From Podarcis pityusensis (lineage: Eukaryota), in assembly GCA_964106645.2 (NCBI GenBank), contig OZ067040.1: a stretch of 64,000 bases of DNA. One strand, written 5' to 3'. The translations under genes were made by a program, and so were the position numbers. Positions 1 to 11,955 of this stretch are shown one piece after another. The notes beneath the pieces are model-generated. The model had not been told where the DNA came from, did no database searches, and saw only the letters and a program-made list of their open reading frames with translations. Position 1 is the first letter of the stretch; each line of letters starts with the position of its first letter.

Positions 1-90
1 TGATGGTGTTTCTTGCTTGACAGGGAGTTGGACTCGATGGCCCTTGTGGTCTCTTCCAACTCTATGATTCTATGATTCTATGATTCTATG
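1..90 (+). mobile_element. CR1 LINE 3' end
   Basis: ggactcgatggcccttgtggtctcttccaac followed by the (TCTATGAT)n octamer tail. Near-identical to 36017-36099. Confidence 0.9.
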
Positions 91-1081
91 CTTCACCCAT
101 GTGTAGGGCACTCGTGTGCTTGAAGCAGGAGTGGGGCTGTGCTTCTCAATCAACTCCGAGTGTCCACCCTTGCCCTACTCTCTGACACCAGCAAGCTGAG
201 CATAGTGGTCTGCAAAGAAATCCTTGCCCACAAACCAGAAGTGCGGCCGCACTCCATCAAACTGTGAGTGCTGCCTACACCCTTCTGCAAAGATTTTAAA
301 CAGCTAACAATATCCAAGAATGTGTGCATGTACTGAATTCTGGACCCTTTACACCCATCCTCTTAGCGCTTATTTAGATGTTACATGTGTCGTGGTAATA
401 ATGACTGCTGGGAGGAGCACAGAGAGAAGAAACACGCTGGTGTGTCTGCACCAGCACAACCGGATGCCCTCATCTGCATCAAAACATGTCCCTCCTGTAG
501 CAGTCTCTACAGCCACAGCAGGCGCTGCAACTCTCCCAATGGTTTGACTTCACCTCCCAAGGCACACATGGTAGTAAGAATTCCCACTGCTGGGCATCAT
601 TGATTAGAATCCATTACATGAGCCATTACTACTACCTTCACATAATGAGTTTCTCTACTTTTGCTCCATGGCAGTTACTGGTGGAGGTGGGGATCTCATT
701 ACGTTGCCCCAACTAATGTGGTGAGTTCTGGTAGATGGTATGTCTGTGGAGCAAGTTTGAAAGAATGGCCTTTGCCTTGAGAAAGCTGATCCCTACAGCA
801 AATTTAACAACCAAACCAGCTTTTATTCTCTTATCCTTACTATATAAAACAAAATTACTGATTATTTATTTTTTGCCTTTTGTTCACCTTCTTTACCATT
901 GAAGATTCTTATTGAATTACATTCCAGCTAATCTGAATGCATAAATGTTCAAATTTTGGCAACCATAAGCAAATATATGTGAATTCTTTTAGAGCTGACC
1001 ATTTGCTCCATCTCCTGCCTGCACCGGGGGTCACAGGAGGTATTTCAATGGCATTTGCCCATGAGGCCTCTTCCCCTTGTA

Positions 1082-1319
1082 CAGTGGATGCTCGGGTTGC
1101 GAATGTGATCCATGCAGGAAGCACGTTCACAACCCACAGCATCCGCAACCCGCAGTGCCACGTGTGCGGGCTGTGATTCGGCGCTTCTGCGCATGCACAA
1201 AGTGCAATTTAGTGCTTCTGCACATGCTTAAGCACCGAAACCCGGAAGTAACCCGTTCCGGTACTTCCGGGCTTGGCGCGGTGCGCAACCCGAAGCGTCT
1301 GTAACCTGAGGTATGACTG
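1082..1319. mobile_element. Tc1/mariner (Tigger/pogo-like) MITE
   Basis: TA-CAGT...ACTG-TA termini with imperfect TIRs; CpG-rich interior. Confidence 0.8.
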
Positions 1320-1699
1320 TACTCACAAAGCCTGGGGGGGGGGCCCTCCACCCACTGCCCCAATAAGGATACAGTGTGGGTGCATAGCTTATTCTCCCTT
1401 GCTGAAGGAAGAAGTGGAGACTTACACCATTTCCCAGTTCTTCTTTAGGTGCTAGGTGCTTTTCAAGACTCAGTTTAATTCTACAAGATCTGACTTTTAC
1501 GCATATAAAATAGGCCCACATGTGCTTTTGCTCTTTCTTCCTCTCGGGGTTGGGGGGGGGGAGGTAAGCTAGAGATTGACTGAGCAGAGGGAGTAACACC
1601 CATGGCACTCACTCAAAAATCCAAATATGCCCGTGGACTTAAAAAGCTTGGTGGTTCTTGGATTGTCAATGAGTGAAACTATTCGAGTTTTTAAAGCCA

Positions 1700-1757
1700 T
1701 TTATTTGTCAACTTCCATATTATTTATCATAATTCCTATCCCAGGAACTAATTTATT
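1700..1757 (-). promoter_or_regulatory. Candidate PKHD1 polyadenylation signals (AATAAA at 1757-1752 and 1705-1700)
   Basis: Two minus-strand AATAAA hexamers at or just after the stop codon. Use is unverified. Confidence 0.35.
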
Positions 1758-2096
1758 ATGGTACTGCAACTTGCTGTTTCTCCCTCACATCCCCTCCTGA
1801 CCTCAAGGCAGGCTTCTCTGAGGGTCTTTTATATCTTTTATCTGTGAATTGCCCTTTCTTCATTTCCTTCTGCTGAGCATAGTCCGAGAAATGTCGCTTG
1901 GTATCCTTCCAGTCATTAAGCTCCTTGATGCTCAGCTGCTGAAGTTCCAGAGACCCCCATGTGGATGTTCCAGTGTGGGACCGACGGCCTTGCTTGGTCC
2001 TGTTTACTGCTCCCACTGCTGTGCTGTTAAATGCTTGTTGATGGCACTTCCTTAATGGTTCTGCTGTGTCTTCATGTTCTTCACGCAGCTTCAGGT
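1756..2096 (-). CDS. PKHD1: PKHD1 terminal coding exon (~exon 67) to TAA stop
   Basis: Acceptor ttttctcttaatag|AC in phase 1. Encodes DLKLREEHED...QQLSIKELNDWKDTKRHFSDY...VAVP*, similar to recalled human [21 protein letters not shown]. Confidence 0.85.
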
Positions 2097-3479
2097 CTAT
2101 TAAGAGAAAATATAAGCATTCATTTGATAGACTGTGGTCCAATTCTTGGTGTTCTCAATGGCTGGTCAACAATTACTCTTAAGGATGAATGACGGGAAAT
2201 GCAGAGCAATGGCAAGACCAAAAAGAGACTGGTAGGGACTGGTATCATGTTTCAGGCTGGCCTTGCCTTTTTCATAGTTCCCAATGTAAAACCTTACATT
2301 TATATCGCAGTATCCATAAAGAGGGGAAATTTATCTTCCCACATGCAATGGGATCATTTAAAACTATGTCTTTGTACAGCTGGATTGGTAAATCAAAGCA
2401 CATCTAATCTGTCATTTGATTTATGTTATATTAAGTTCCAAGCTGATTTCCGCTGTCTTATATATACCATTCATCCTCAACCAAATTTAAAATACCAAAC
2501 ATAAAAAAATCTAGGGTTTGTTCATGGGAAATAAAATTAGCTGGCATTAACAAAATAGAACTAACTAACTTTGATGGTTGCTCAGTTTTCAAAACCAACA
2601 TCACTTTAAATAGAGGGGAATGCAAAGATTAGACATTCCATGTCATGCATATTATATTTGCTTAAGATGTTGTTATTCTTGTTTAAATTTGAACATATTG
2701 GGGATTTTTAATGATCTTGCAACAATTCCTTTTAAGAAGAATCTGAAGGACTGGATTTCCTTTTGCAGAGAAAATTCTCCCTATTAATTATTTACACGGT
2801 GGCTCCAATCAATGTGGTACCTGTCATCCTCACCAGTCGAAATGAAAGTTCACTATGTAAAGGTGCCAAGGGAGACTGGCAGCCTCCCACTGCGATTTTA
2901 TAGACAGAACTAAGTCAGCACACATTACGTGTCAGAGCCAACATCAGAAAGAATCAGATCCTTTGATCTCAGACCTCCACAGGAAGCTTAGATCTCAGAC
3001 AAATTAGATAAAAAATGAATTTATAGCAGATATGTATCCTAAGGCATACAGCTGAACACTGTATTTTGAAAGAGTATGGCAAATATCAAAACATATAAAC
3101 TGTAGCATTTCCTCTCTTGCTCCTTCTGCTTTTCTGTGATAAATATTAATTAAAATAAGATGAAACTCAAAACTAACCTCTTTCTGCTTCTTACATAAGC
3201 AACAAGTTTAGGACCAGGGGAACCCCTCGCAGTCCCTTATTTGCATTCTAGTGGGAGAAGAGCTGAGGTCTGCACTTTGGGGCAGCCAAAACCCCTTCAG
3301 CCCCAAGCACAACAGATGCCCCGCCACAGTGGCCACGAGGGATGGAGCCAACTTAAATCCAGCTCACTCTCCTGGCTGACCCCACCCTTCAACTCAGAGC
3401 CCTCCTCCTCCTCCTCCCCTTTAGACCATTCCACCCCAATTGGTTCCATGGGACTCACAGCAAACATGGTGAATGAGGG

Positions 3480-3860
3480 CAGATTTATTTTATTTTATTT
3501 ACCATCCTTCATCTCTCAGGATCACAGGGCAGTTTACAGTTTAAAGACACAAAAATACACAACATAATAGCAAACAAAACAATAACCCCCTCACACATAC
3601 ACTATAAAACACCATAGATTTAAATTAAATTAGCCAAAGGCCTGGGAGAAGAGGAATGTTTTCACCTGGTGCCTAAAGACATGTAATGAAGTCGCCAGGT
3701 GAGCTTCCATGGGGAGAGCACCCCACAAGCAGGGAGCCACTGCAGAAAAGGCCCCTTCTTGTGTTGCCACCCTCTGGACCTCTCATGGAGGAGGCACACA
3801 AGGAAGGGCCTCGGATGATGACTGCACTGCTTGTGCCAGTTCATAAGGGAGAATAGCTTA
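3480..3860 (-). mobile_element. L2 LINE 3' fragment
   Basis: (TTTTA)n tail, then ggcctgggagaagagg...cagggagccactgcagaaaaggccc, the reverse complement of the L2 ORF2 end (AFSAVAP-type motif). Confidence 0.7.
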
Positions 3861-3890
3861 ATCTGCATGCCCCCATCAAACAGTGAGAGA

Positions 3891-5479
3891 TGTGTCAGGG
3901 AGATGCACACGGCAAAAGACCCAAAGGGGGAGAGGAGCACTTATAGAGAGCCGAAAGAGCTAATTAGCAGCTTCTCTTCTGACAGCGAAGAAGAGGCAGG
4001 GAGAGAGGATGCTCGGCCCGGAACTAGCTACAGTGGTGCCTCGCAAGACGAAATTAATTCATTCCGCGAGTTTTGTCGTCTTGCGATTCTTTTCGTCTTG
4101 CGAAGCACGGTGTCGGGAAAGTTTTGGAAAAGCTTCAAAAATCACCAAAGTCTTTAAAAACCTCAAAAAAGGCTACCACACTGCGTTCTATGAGTTGCTC
4201 CTCAAAGTCAAGTCGCAACTGTATTAACGGTGTTAAGAAAAGGGAAACAAACTTGCAAGACGTTTCCGTCTTGCGAAGCAAGCCCATAGGGAAAATCATC
4301 TTGCGAAGCAGCTCAAAAAACAAAAAACCCTTTCGTCTAGCGAGTTTTTTGTCTTGCGAGGCATTCGTCTTGCGAGGTACCACTGTATCCTTTGAACAGA
4401 GGAGATCAGAGGCGGGGTTTCCGCCGATTAGCCTGCTGGGGAAGAAGGAGTAAAAAAAAAAGCATTCGAGGCATCTAATCAGACGGAGACGGACATGCTT
4501 TGAAGCTCTGGAAACCTTTTTGAACTTTGTAAATAAATCTAAAAGACAGTAACTGGCGGCGAGCCTGGAGTTTTTATCTACGCTGGCTTTGGCAGCACTC
4601 ACCTCTCACAAGATGGGTCAAGGAAATATTAGAGCATGCAGATTCGAATGCTCAGCATGTATGTGGCAAGGGAACCTGATAAATCTGAGAAGGTCTGGAA
4701 ATCCTGTCCTCCTCCCAGAGAGCACACGTTGCGGTGAGATCATCGACTGACCTCACTGCTGTTGTGGGTGGAAGCGATTGGATAGCCAAATGGTGGTCCC
4801 TCGGTTGCTGGGGTAATCTGGCCAATGGGATCGTTATATGCATTAACTGAGGGACCTATATATTGCTGCACGCTGCACTGAGCTTCCTCTTTTCACCTCG
4901 CATCAGATCACCCTCCCTCCCTCCCTATATGACCTTGCTATGCCATCGTGGGTCATCTGTTTTTGGGACAGGGGCCTGGTAGGAATTTTCCCATTTGGTT
5001 GATTGGCTGGTGCCACTTGGGTTTCGCCTGCCACGTAGCAAATTGTCACAACTTTGTAAGGTTTGGCGGTTAGGCATTGGTTCAATGTGGAGTAGAGAAG
5101 AGGTTGTCACACCTGCCCCTCCCATGCGCAAAAGGTATTCCGTTAAAGGAATCCAGGGGCTTGGCTTGCTTTTGTCCGACCCTCTTCCGAGGGCTAGGGT
5201 CACGCCAGAGCCCCTAGGAGCATTTGGGGTGAGCTTGAGTCTGAGCCTGATCCAACACTCCCCCACGATGTTTACCTGTACTGACCTCTGCCAGAGTCCA
5301 GTCGTCAGTGCTGCCCTGACAAGGTCAGATGCAGCTACTCGGGAACCAATGTCTAAGCAAACCACTCACAATCTGTAATCAATAAAGTTGTGGCCAAAAT
5401 TATGCCAATAACCTTAAACTAATTTCTGTGTCAATTGTGTCTTTATATATTGGGGAAGGTCTTGGGATCTTAACACGCA
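3891..5479 (+). mobile_element. LTR-like element (possible solo LTR) interrupted by a MITE
   Basis: TG start and CA end, TATA-like ctatatatt near 4857, AATAAA near 5381, composition unlike its flanks. No clear TSD found. Confidence 0.4.
4031..4385 (+). mobile_element. Young Tc1/mariner-type MITE, 355 bp
   Basis: TA TSD; TIR CAGTGGTGCCTCGCAAGACG...CGTCTTGCGAGGTACCACTG; repeated CGTCTTGCGA motifs. Second copy at 55642. Confidence 0.9.
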
Positions 5480-6751
5480 ATGCATTTTTGGTACTAAATT
5501 TGGGCTGACACCACTTGGACCACACTTGGTTCGAGAGTCAACTAGCTATATGAATTTTGTTCAAAATATATTGAGTGTAGGTTCTCCTTGCCCTACATTC
5601 TCTAGTTTTCACACATGTATATGGCAGTGGAAGGTATGGTGAAGAAAGTCTAATTGAACTCTTACTATATATAACATAAATTAAACCTAAAGATCGACAA
5701 GTATATGTTTGCAATGAAATATTTAAACTTTTTCAAATCTCTCTTAATTTCTGTGGTGGATATGACAATGTGGCATGCTTGCATATATTGCAATGATGAG
5801 ATTTGATCCGGCTTAGTAGTCTTTTGCATATAATTTGTCCCTGATCAGCTTTTAGGATTAGGCACACCCTACCTATATATAAATAGATATACAACCCAAA
5901 CAGCCCCTGATGCAGCTATACTCATGAAAATTTGATCTAGTAAACTCAGCCTAATGACACATACATAAATAAGCATACAATAAAAGAGAAAAAAACCCTC
6001 ATCAAGTTAGCACTGGGGTCTTTTAGTCATTGCAAACATTATTTTAAATATCATTTAAAAATGATTTGATCCAATGAAAATGGATGAAGCAATAATCTGC
6101 AAGTCAAACAATCCCACGTTTGATTGTAGCAGTCCGTTTAATGCAAAAAAAAGCTCCCAAATACATTAGAAGTTTTGTCTTCCTCAGCAGCTATTTTACA
6201 TCTCACAAGACTTCACTTTGTCATCTGCAGTATATATTATTTATAAGAGGTCATCCGTAGCTTATTCATTCATAAGATAAAAGTTTTCTGCTCACATGGA
6301 GCTTTAAAATAGTGGAACCTTTAGATTAAAATGAAAAGGCCTCCTGAACAAAGTGAAATCGAAGTCCAAATATTCAATATTCTAAAAGCATATTCTCAGC
6401 AAAGTCGCTAAGAATATAATACTGAGACAAACCATTTAGTCCAGCATTGTCTATTCTGCCTAGCTTTTGGAGATCAAAGGGTCTTTCTCATGTGTGGCTG
6501 ATATGAAGAGTCCAGGGGTGGGGATGATGGCAGGTGTCAAGGCAAAACAACTCAATATTTACCACACTATGGAGGATTTATAACCCCTTCACACGAAAGG
6601 GGTGTAAGGGATTGTTTCCTCTTTACTTTGTCCATCAACATTAACTCAATGCATATTTATGTGAGGGTTAGTCACCATCCAGTCCCTACAGTAACATAGC
6701 TGAGAAGTTATCCAGATACTAGGTCTCATATGGAAATTGGTGTCTTATGGG

Positions 6752-6874
6752 CAGTGCTATTTTTCTACAAAAAGAGGTGCTGGAACTCACTTTGTTCTCT
6801 TATAATGATAATTGTGCCCACCTGAAAGGTGCTGGATCTGAGTTCTGGTGAGTTTTGACTGAAAAAAAGTGCTG
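6752..6874 (+). mobile_element. hAT-type MITE (~125-135 bp family)
   Basis: CAGTGCT...AGTGCTG ends with a perfect 8-bp TSD CTTATGGG. Other copies at 11956 and 18335. Confidence 0.85.
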
Positions 6875-7469
6875 CTTATGGGAGACTGGAGTGGAGAATA
6901 GAAGTTCAGAAAGAAACATTAAAATTACCCAAGGTAAGTTACCCATTTTATTTTATTTTTTGAAATAGTGGACAATCTGGAACTTGTGGACATTTGGAGA
7001 TATAAAAATGGGGACACAAAACAATTTTTGTATTTTAGTGAGAAACAGAGGGTCCTATCAAGATAGGATATGATATGGGTAACGAAGACATTGGTTACGG
7101 GGGTGCATAAAGTTGATATACTACCAAATATAAACTTTCTTGTATCATAATCCAGTTATGATGACTTACACACACACACAAAAAGAATTGGTGTTTTAGA
7201 GGGAGACAATGAAACATTATTATGCCAAGGTAAGATCATAGAAGACTGAAAGCAAAAATCAAAATAATTTTTTGAGAATAATTTAGACAAAGATATCAGT
7301 CTGGGATGCAAGCAGAACATATATAAGAGGTTACTTTATGCAACATACTGGTAACTCTTGACTTAAAAAAGAGAGACAGGAGAAAATACAAAAGATTCTG
7401 TGTGAAATTAGACAAAAAGAAAAAGAGCTGGAACAATCACCAACAAATACAAATGTTACCTGCCAAATT

Positions 7470-8325
7470 AAGATGCTGCAGAGACCATTATCTATGCTAA
7501 CAGGAACATCACCAAAATGCTGGAGAGGGTGCACCTCCACAGGCACATACCTCCACATGTGGTGGGAATGCCCCAAAATCCAACTATTCTGGACAACAGC
7601 CATACAAGAAATATGTAAAATAACTAAGTAAGTATTAGAAATCATCCCAGAACTGGCCCTACTAAACATATTCCAAGACAATAACGCCCATTTACATCAC
7701 AAATAACTCATAACCCACCTACTCCCAGCAACCAGAAACATCATAGCCAGACACTGGAGTAAGCATGGGCCAATGGTACCAAATAGTATGGGAAACAGCC
7801 CTACTAGAAAAATTAACCAATAAACTGAAACTGACACGGGAACAAATAGAAGAAGATACCTTCACCCCCGTATGGCTCCCCTTTATCACTTACACAGCCC
7901 AACAAGACAACGAAAAGAATCCACCAACAGCATATAAATCAATATGGCTAACCTGATCCAAAACACACACCCACGCCACACACACAAAAACAAAGTTCAC
8001 CACAGCCAATCACAAACGAGCAACCGCACCCTAGGCCAACCCCAATTTCTCTCACCACCAAAGGAAAACAAGCAAAGAGAACCTGCACAAATGATGCTGA
8101 CACAAAACCCCACAAATACATTAAGCAAAACAGAAGCATCGCCTCTTGACCCCCCCCCCCCACCAACCATGGCCCCCTCCACCTCTTCCCCCCTTTTCTT
8201 CCTAACTCTAATGTCTCAACAAATGAAACTGACCTATGAAAAATGTAACTTGAAAAAAGAGACCTTATGCATACCTTTGTAAACCAAGAAAACATTAATA
8301 AAAAATATTAAAATGGGGAAAAAAC
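7470..8325 (+). mobile_element. L1-clade LINE 3' fragment, 5'-truncated and degenerate
   Basis: Encodes the CX3CX7HX4C knuckle CWRGCTSTGTYLHMWWEC (7518-7571), then in-frame stops, the ORF2 end (ORF 7765-7956), a C-rich 3' UTR, AATAAA near 8297 and an A-rich tail. Confidence 0.88.
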
Positions 8326-8771
8326 AATGCAGGATTATGCTAACATTTGAAATATGCTAAACATTTTTTACAATTTGCTAATAAACTTGGGAATTGGTTA
8401 GCATATGAACAGAGAAAAGAAAAAGTGAAGTAGGTGATGCTGAAATTACAAGAAGGGAACGCTGTAATAAAAGATAGGACAAATATTGTCATGGTCACAA
8501 TTCCAGTGAGCTGGAAGGTTGGAGGTTGAGCCAGAGACCAGCCTCAAACCCCAAAGCAACAGCCCATTGCAGGAAGCCATTATCTGGCCTCCTGAAGCAA
8601 AGCCTGCCTGGAACTTCTCATGAGAAAATCCAACCAGCTACAACTAATTGACAAACAGTATTTGTGGCTGAGGCACTGAAAAGACCAGCTCAGGGACCTG
8701 CTAAGGTTGCAACCTATGATGTGCAAAAAGGTGCTTTATAATAGGATTAAGTCTGTATCCAAGAGACTCAC

Positions 8772-8909
8772 CTTCTCTCCTAGCAGTAATGTTGTGTTTA
8801 TTCTCCTCCTGGATGAAGCATGGTTGGGCATGAAGTATCTGCTGATGTGCCTGAATATGGGCATGCTTCTTATTCTTCTTATTCTTCAAAGGTTTTCTGA
8901 TCCTGTTTT
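8772..8909 (-). CDS. PKHD1: PKHD1 cytoplasmic-tail exon (~exon 66), 138 nt
   Basis: Acceptor ttttgctacag|AA, donor GAAG|gtgagt. Open in phase 1: KNRIRKPLKNKKNKKHAHIQAHQQ...TARRE. The HAHI motif echoes recalled human NIHIH; otherwise divergent. Confidence 0.82.
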
Positions 8910-9031
8910 CTGTAGCAAAACATTGCAAGGGAATTTAAACTGCAAATTTTCAGTGAAATATACAAGTGACCTCCTGGAGAAACAACTAATAGCCCATACC
9001 TATTTGGACATAAGAAGTGCCTTAAAAAAAT

Positions 9032-9363
9032 GGTAAAGGACCCCTGACAGTTAAGTCCAGTCGCGGACAACTCTGGGGTTGTGGCGCTCATCTTGCTTTA
9101 CTGGCCGAGGGAGCCAGTGTTTGTCCACAGACAGTTTTTCTGGGTCATGTGGCCAGCATGACTAAGCCACTTCTGGTGAACCAGAGCAGTGCACGGAAAT
9201 GCCGTTTACGTTCCCGCCAGAGCGGTACCTATTTATCTACTTGCACTTTGACGTGCTTTTGAACTGCTAGGTTGGCAGGAGCTGGGACCGAGCAACGGGA
9301 GCTCACCCTGTCACGGGGATTCAAACCGCCAACCTTCTGATAGGCAAGCCCTAGGCTATGTGG
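9032..9363 (-). mobile_element. Sauria SINE, slightly 5'-truncated
   Basis: Reverse complement of the 21165 and 23208 copies; tail repeat ggtaaagg. Confidence 0.92.
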
Positions 9364-9660
9364 GCTGGTCTGATGGGAGCTGGAGTCCCAACATCTGGAG
9401 GCTCCAAGACAGCCACTCCTGCATTGGAGTAACTAGAAAGTACAACACAAGGGTCTGTACACAGCAGTAATGCCACACCATGCTGATCTGCCCAATACTA
9501 ATGCAAGAAACATTTCTACACTGTTAAAATTGGGGGGAGCACGATTTGCTACCACCAACTATTGCCAGTCTCACTGTAAAACTTCTCTTTTTCTGTAAGC
9601 CCCAGCAGAACAAATGGGGTATTTTCTGGGTAGAAGCTTCACTTCAGTTTTCCAACTCAC

Positions 9661-9819
9661 TGTTCCTTCTTGTTTTCTTGGACCAACAGATAACAACAGA
9701 TCCCAAAACAAGCAGAGAGGCTGCCGATCCCAGTGCAGCAGTGAAGATTATGGCTGATTTTTCGGTCACAGTAATGGGGAATATAGTAAAAGAATTGGAT
9801 CTGACAGATAATATAGCAC
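9661..9819 (-). CDS. PKHD1: PKHD1 transmembrane exon (~exon 65), 159 nt
   Basis: Acceptor ttttttttag|GT, donor AACA|gtgagt. Encodes GAILSVRSNSFTIFPITVTEKSAIIFTAALGSAASLLVLGSVVICWSKKTRRN: hydrophobic helix followed by CW and a basic stop-transfer stretch. Phase 1 to 1. Confidence 0.95.
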
Positions 9820-10007
9820 CTAAAAAAAAAGCAGAATAAAACAAACAACATAATGAGGAGCATGTGTTTAAAGGTTCAGAAATGTAGTTATTGCCACAAA
9901 GAAAGGACATTGTGTCTGAGATTGCTTGAGGCCTGAAAGAAAAAGATGAGGCACAGAAAACACTATCAATATCACAGATGGTATCACGATCCCAGTTCTT
10001 ATTATAG

Positions 10008-10374
10008 AGGTAAAGGTAAAAAGGTAAAGGACCCCTGGATGGTTAAGTCCAGTCAAAGGCAACTGTGGGGTTGCAGCGCTCATCTCGCTTTTCAGGCTGA
10101 GCAAGCCAGCGTTTGTCCACAGACAGCTTTCCGGGTCATGTGGCCAGCAGGACTAAACTGCTTCTGGTGCAACAGGACACTGTGACAGAAGCCAGAGCAC
10201 ACAGAAACGCTGTTTACCTTCCCACCACAGCGGTACCTATTTATCTACTTGCACTTTGATGTGCTTTTGAACTGCTAGGTTGGCAGAAGCTGGGACAGAG
10301 CAACGGGAGCTCACCCCGTCACGAGGATTTGAACCTCCGACCTTCCGATCGGCAAGCCCAAGAGGCTCAGTGGT
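10008..10374 (-). mobile_element. Sauria SINE
   Basis: (AAAGGT)n tail and the same body as the other copies. Confidence 0.92.
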
Positions 10375-11081
10375 ATGAGCTCTGCTGGATCCGATCAAAG
10401 TTCCATCTTCTTCCCCATCCTGGTTTTTTAGACTGGTTCAGCCAATGTTGCTGAGAAGCCAAAAAACATTGGTTCAGCAGTATGTTTAAGCTATTAGAAT
10501 TTGGAAGGGAGAGGAATGTAATTCAGAATTTATTTATTTTTTAAAATGATTTCTTAGTTACCTTTGGATGGCAATATCTCAAACTATGCTGATGTATGAA
10601 CAATCATTTTGGCTTCACATGTAGCTGTTTCTTTGCTTGAGTCAGCAAGTGAACCAGGAATTTTTTTCCATTAATTATAGTTTCTCATTTCATCCAAAGC
10701 AGGATAGTATGGGGCAAGCTAGGATGCTGAACTATGGTTTGAAGTTGACTTCATATCCTAACTTGTTCTGAAGTCATTAGCTACAGTTTTCTGGTTTGGA
10801 TGAAATGGGAAACTATTGTTAATAGAAGCCTCCCTGGCTTGTTTGCTCCTCCGTAAGAAAGGAGAAGCAAAGGTCCTTGCACATGCAGCCAAAAGACTTT
10901 TTCACATATTGGCTGATAAAAGTGAGATCTCTTATTTATTTTCTTATGTGTACATCCATCCTACCTTTCCTCTGTTACAGAACCCAATATCTCCTATGAA
11001 GGCACTGATCTTACCCAGCACCTGCTTAGCTTCAGTATTAAGCAGTCCCCCTTAGACTCTTCACTGGATAACGAATCTTAC

Positions 11082-11189
11082 CTGGAGGAGAAGTCACTTT
11101 GAAAAAGAGGTAACAACCTGAGCAGGAACCAGAGACCACCAGGTTTTGAAAGGCAGCCTTTCCATCTTGGACCTTTATCCTTGTGTCAC
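11082..11189 (-). CDS. PKHD1: PKHD1 exon (~exon 64), 108 nt; not in the ORF track
   Basis: Acceptor tttttcttcag|GT, donor CCAG|gtaaga. Encodes GDTRIKVQDGKAAFQNLVVSGSCSGCYLFFKVTSPP. Phase 1 to 1. Confidence 0.93.
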
Positions 11190-11874
11190 CTGAAGAAAAA
11201 TACATATCTATGCTAGATTATCTGATGAATTTCACCAAAACTACATCTTTTAAAGCCACAATCTTACACAAATTTACCTGAAAGCTCCAGTAAGCCAATG
11301 GGACTTAGATTTGCCTCATTATTCAAGGTGCACACAGAATTGATGCACAACCCTATCATTTACACCATTGTTAAGTCTGCATTCCAGTTTTCTACATGAC
11401 ATTATTTTTATTGGAAATATTGTTTTATTAATTTAATGACTAGATACCTGCATTTCATTCCGCAATGCTTTTAAGTGCTAACCAAACTCTAGTCAAATCC
11501 TGAACTTGACACAGGATCATGGCAAAATTCTTAACCATGCAGGGAGAATCAACTTTCTAAATATTGGTTCAGGTGGGAAGGGTTAGAGGTGCTAGATATC
11601 AGAACCTGTTTAGGATGTTGGACAACATCCAGAGATTACAAAACAAGAATTTTTTACTTGTTCAGCAAATCAATTACTTGCAGCATTAAATATGTCCTTT
11701 GTGGCTACAATAATATTGTATTATATTTTTTTGGGGGGGGGGATCACCAGTGGAAGAAATCAAAACACCTGTCCTAGAATTCACTATCTCCCAAGCAATA
11801 AATTTCCCCTTGGAGACAGCCTGTTCTTCAGTTTTAAAAGCCAGAGAACTGCAGCATTGTTAAAACACTAAATA

Positions 11875-11922
11875 ATGAGTTTAAATTATTAGATTATGAT
11901 GAGTTTAAATTATTAGATTATG
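11875..11922. repeat. 24-bp tandem duplication
   Basis: ATGAGTTTAAATTATTAGATTATG occurs twice. Confidence 0.9.
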
Positions 11923-11955
11923 ATGCTTTCCATTTCAAATGAGCATACTGTTACC

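Noticed and set aside
4009-4602. Several 70-155 aa ORFs repeated at 55449-56325, resembling a duplicated gene
   Set aside because: They are read-throughs of the two MITE copies and have no transposase motifs.
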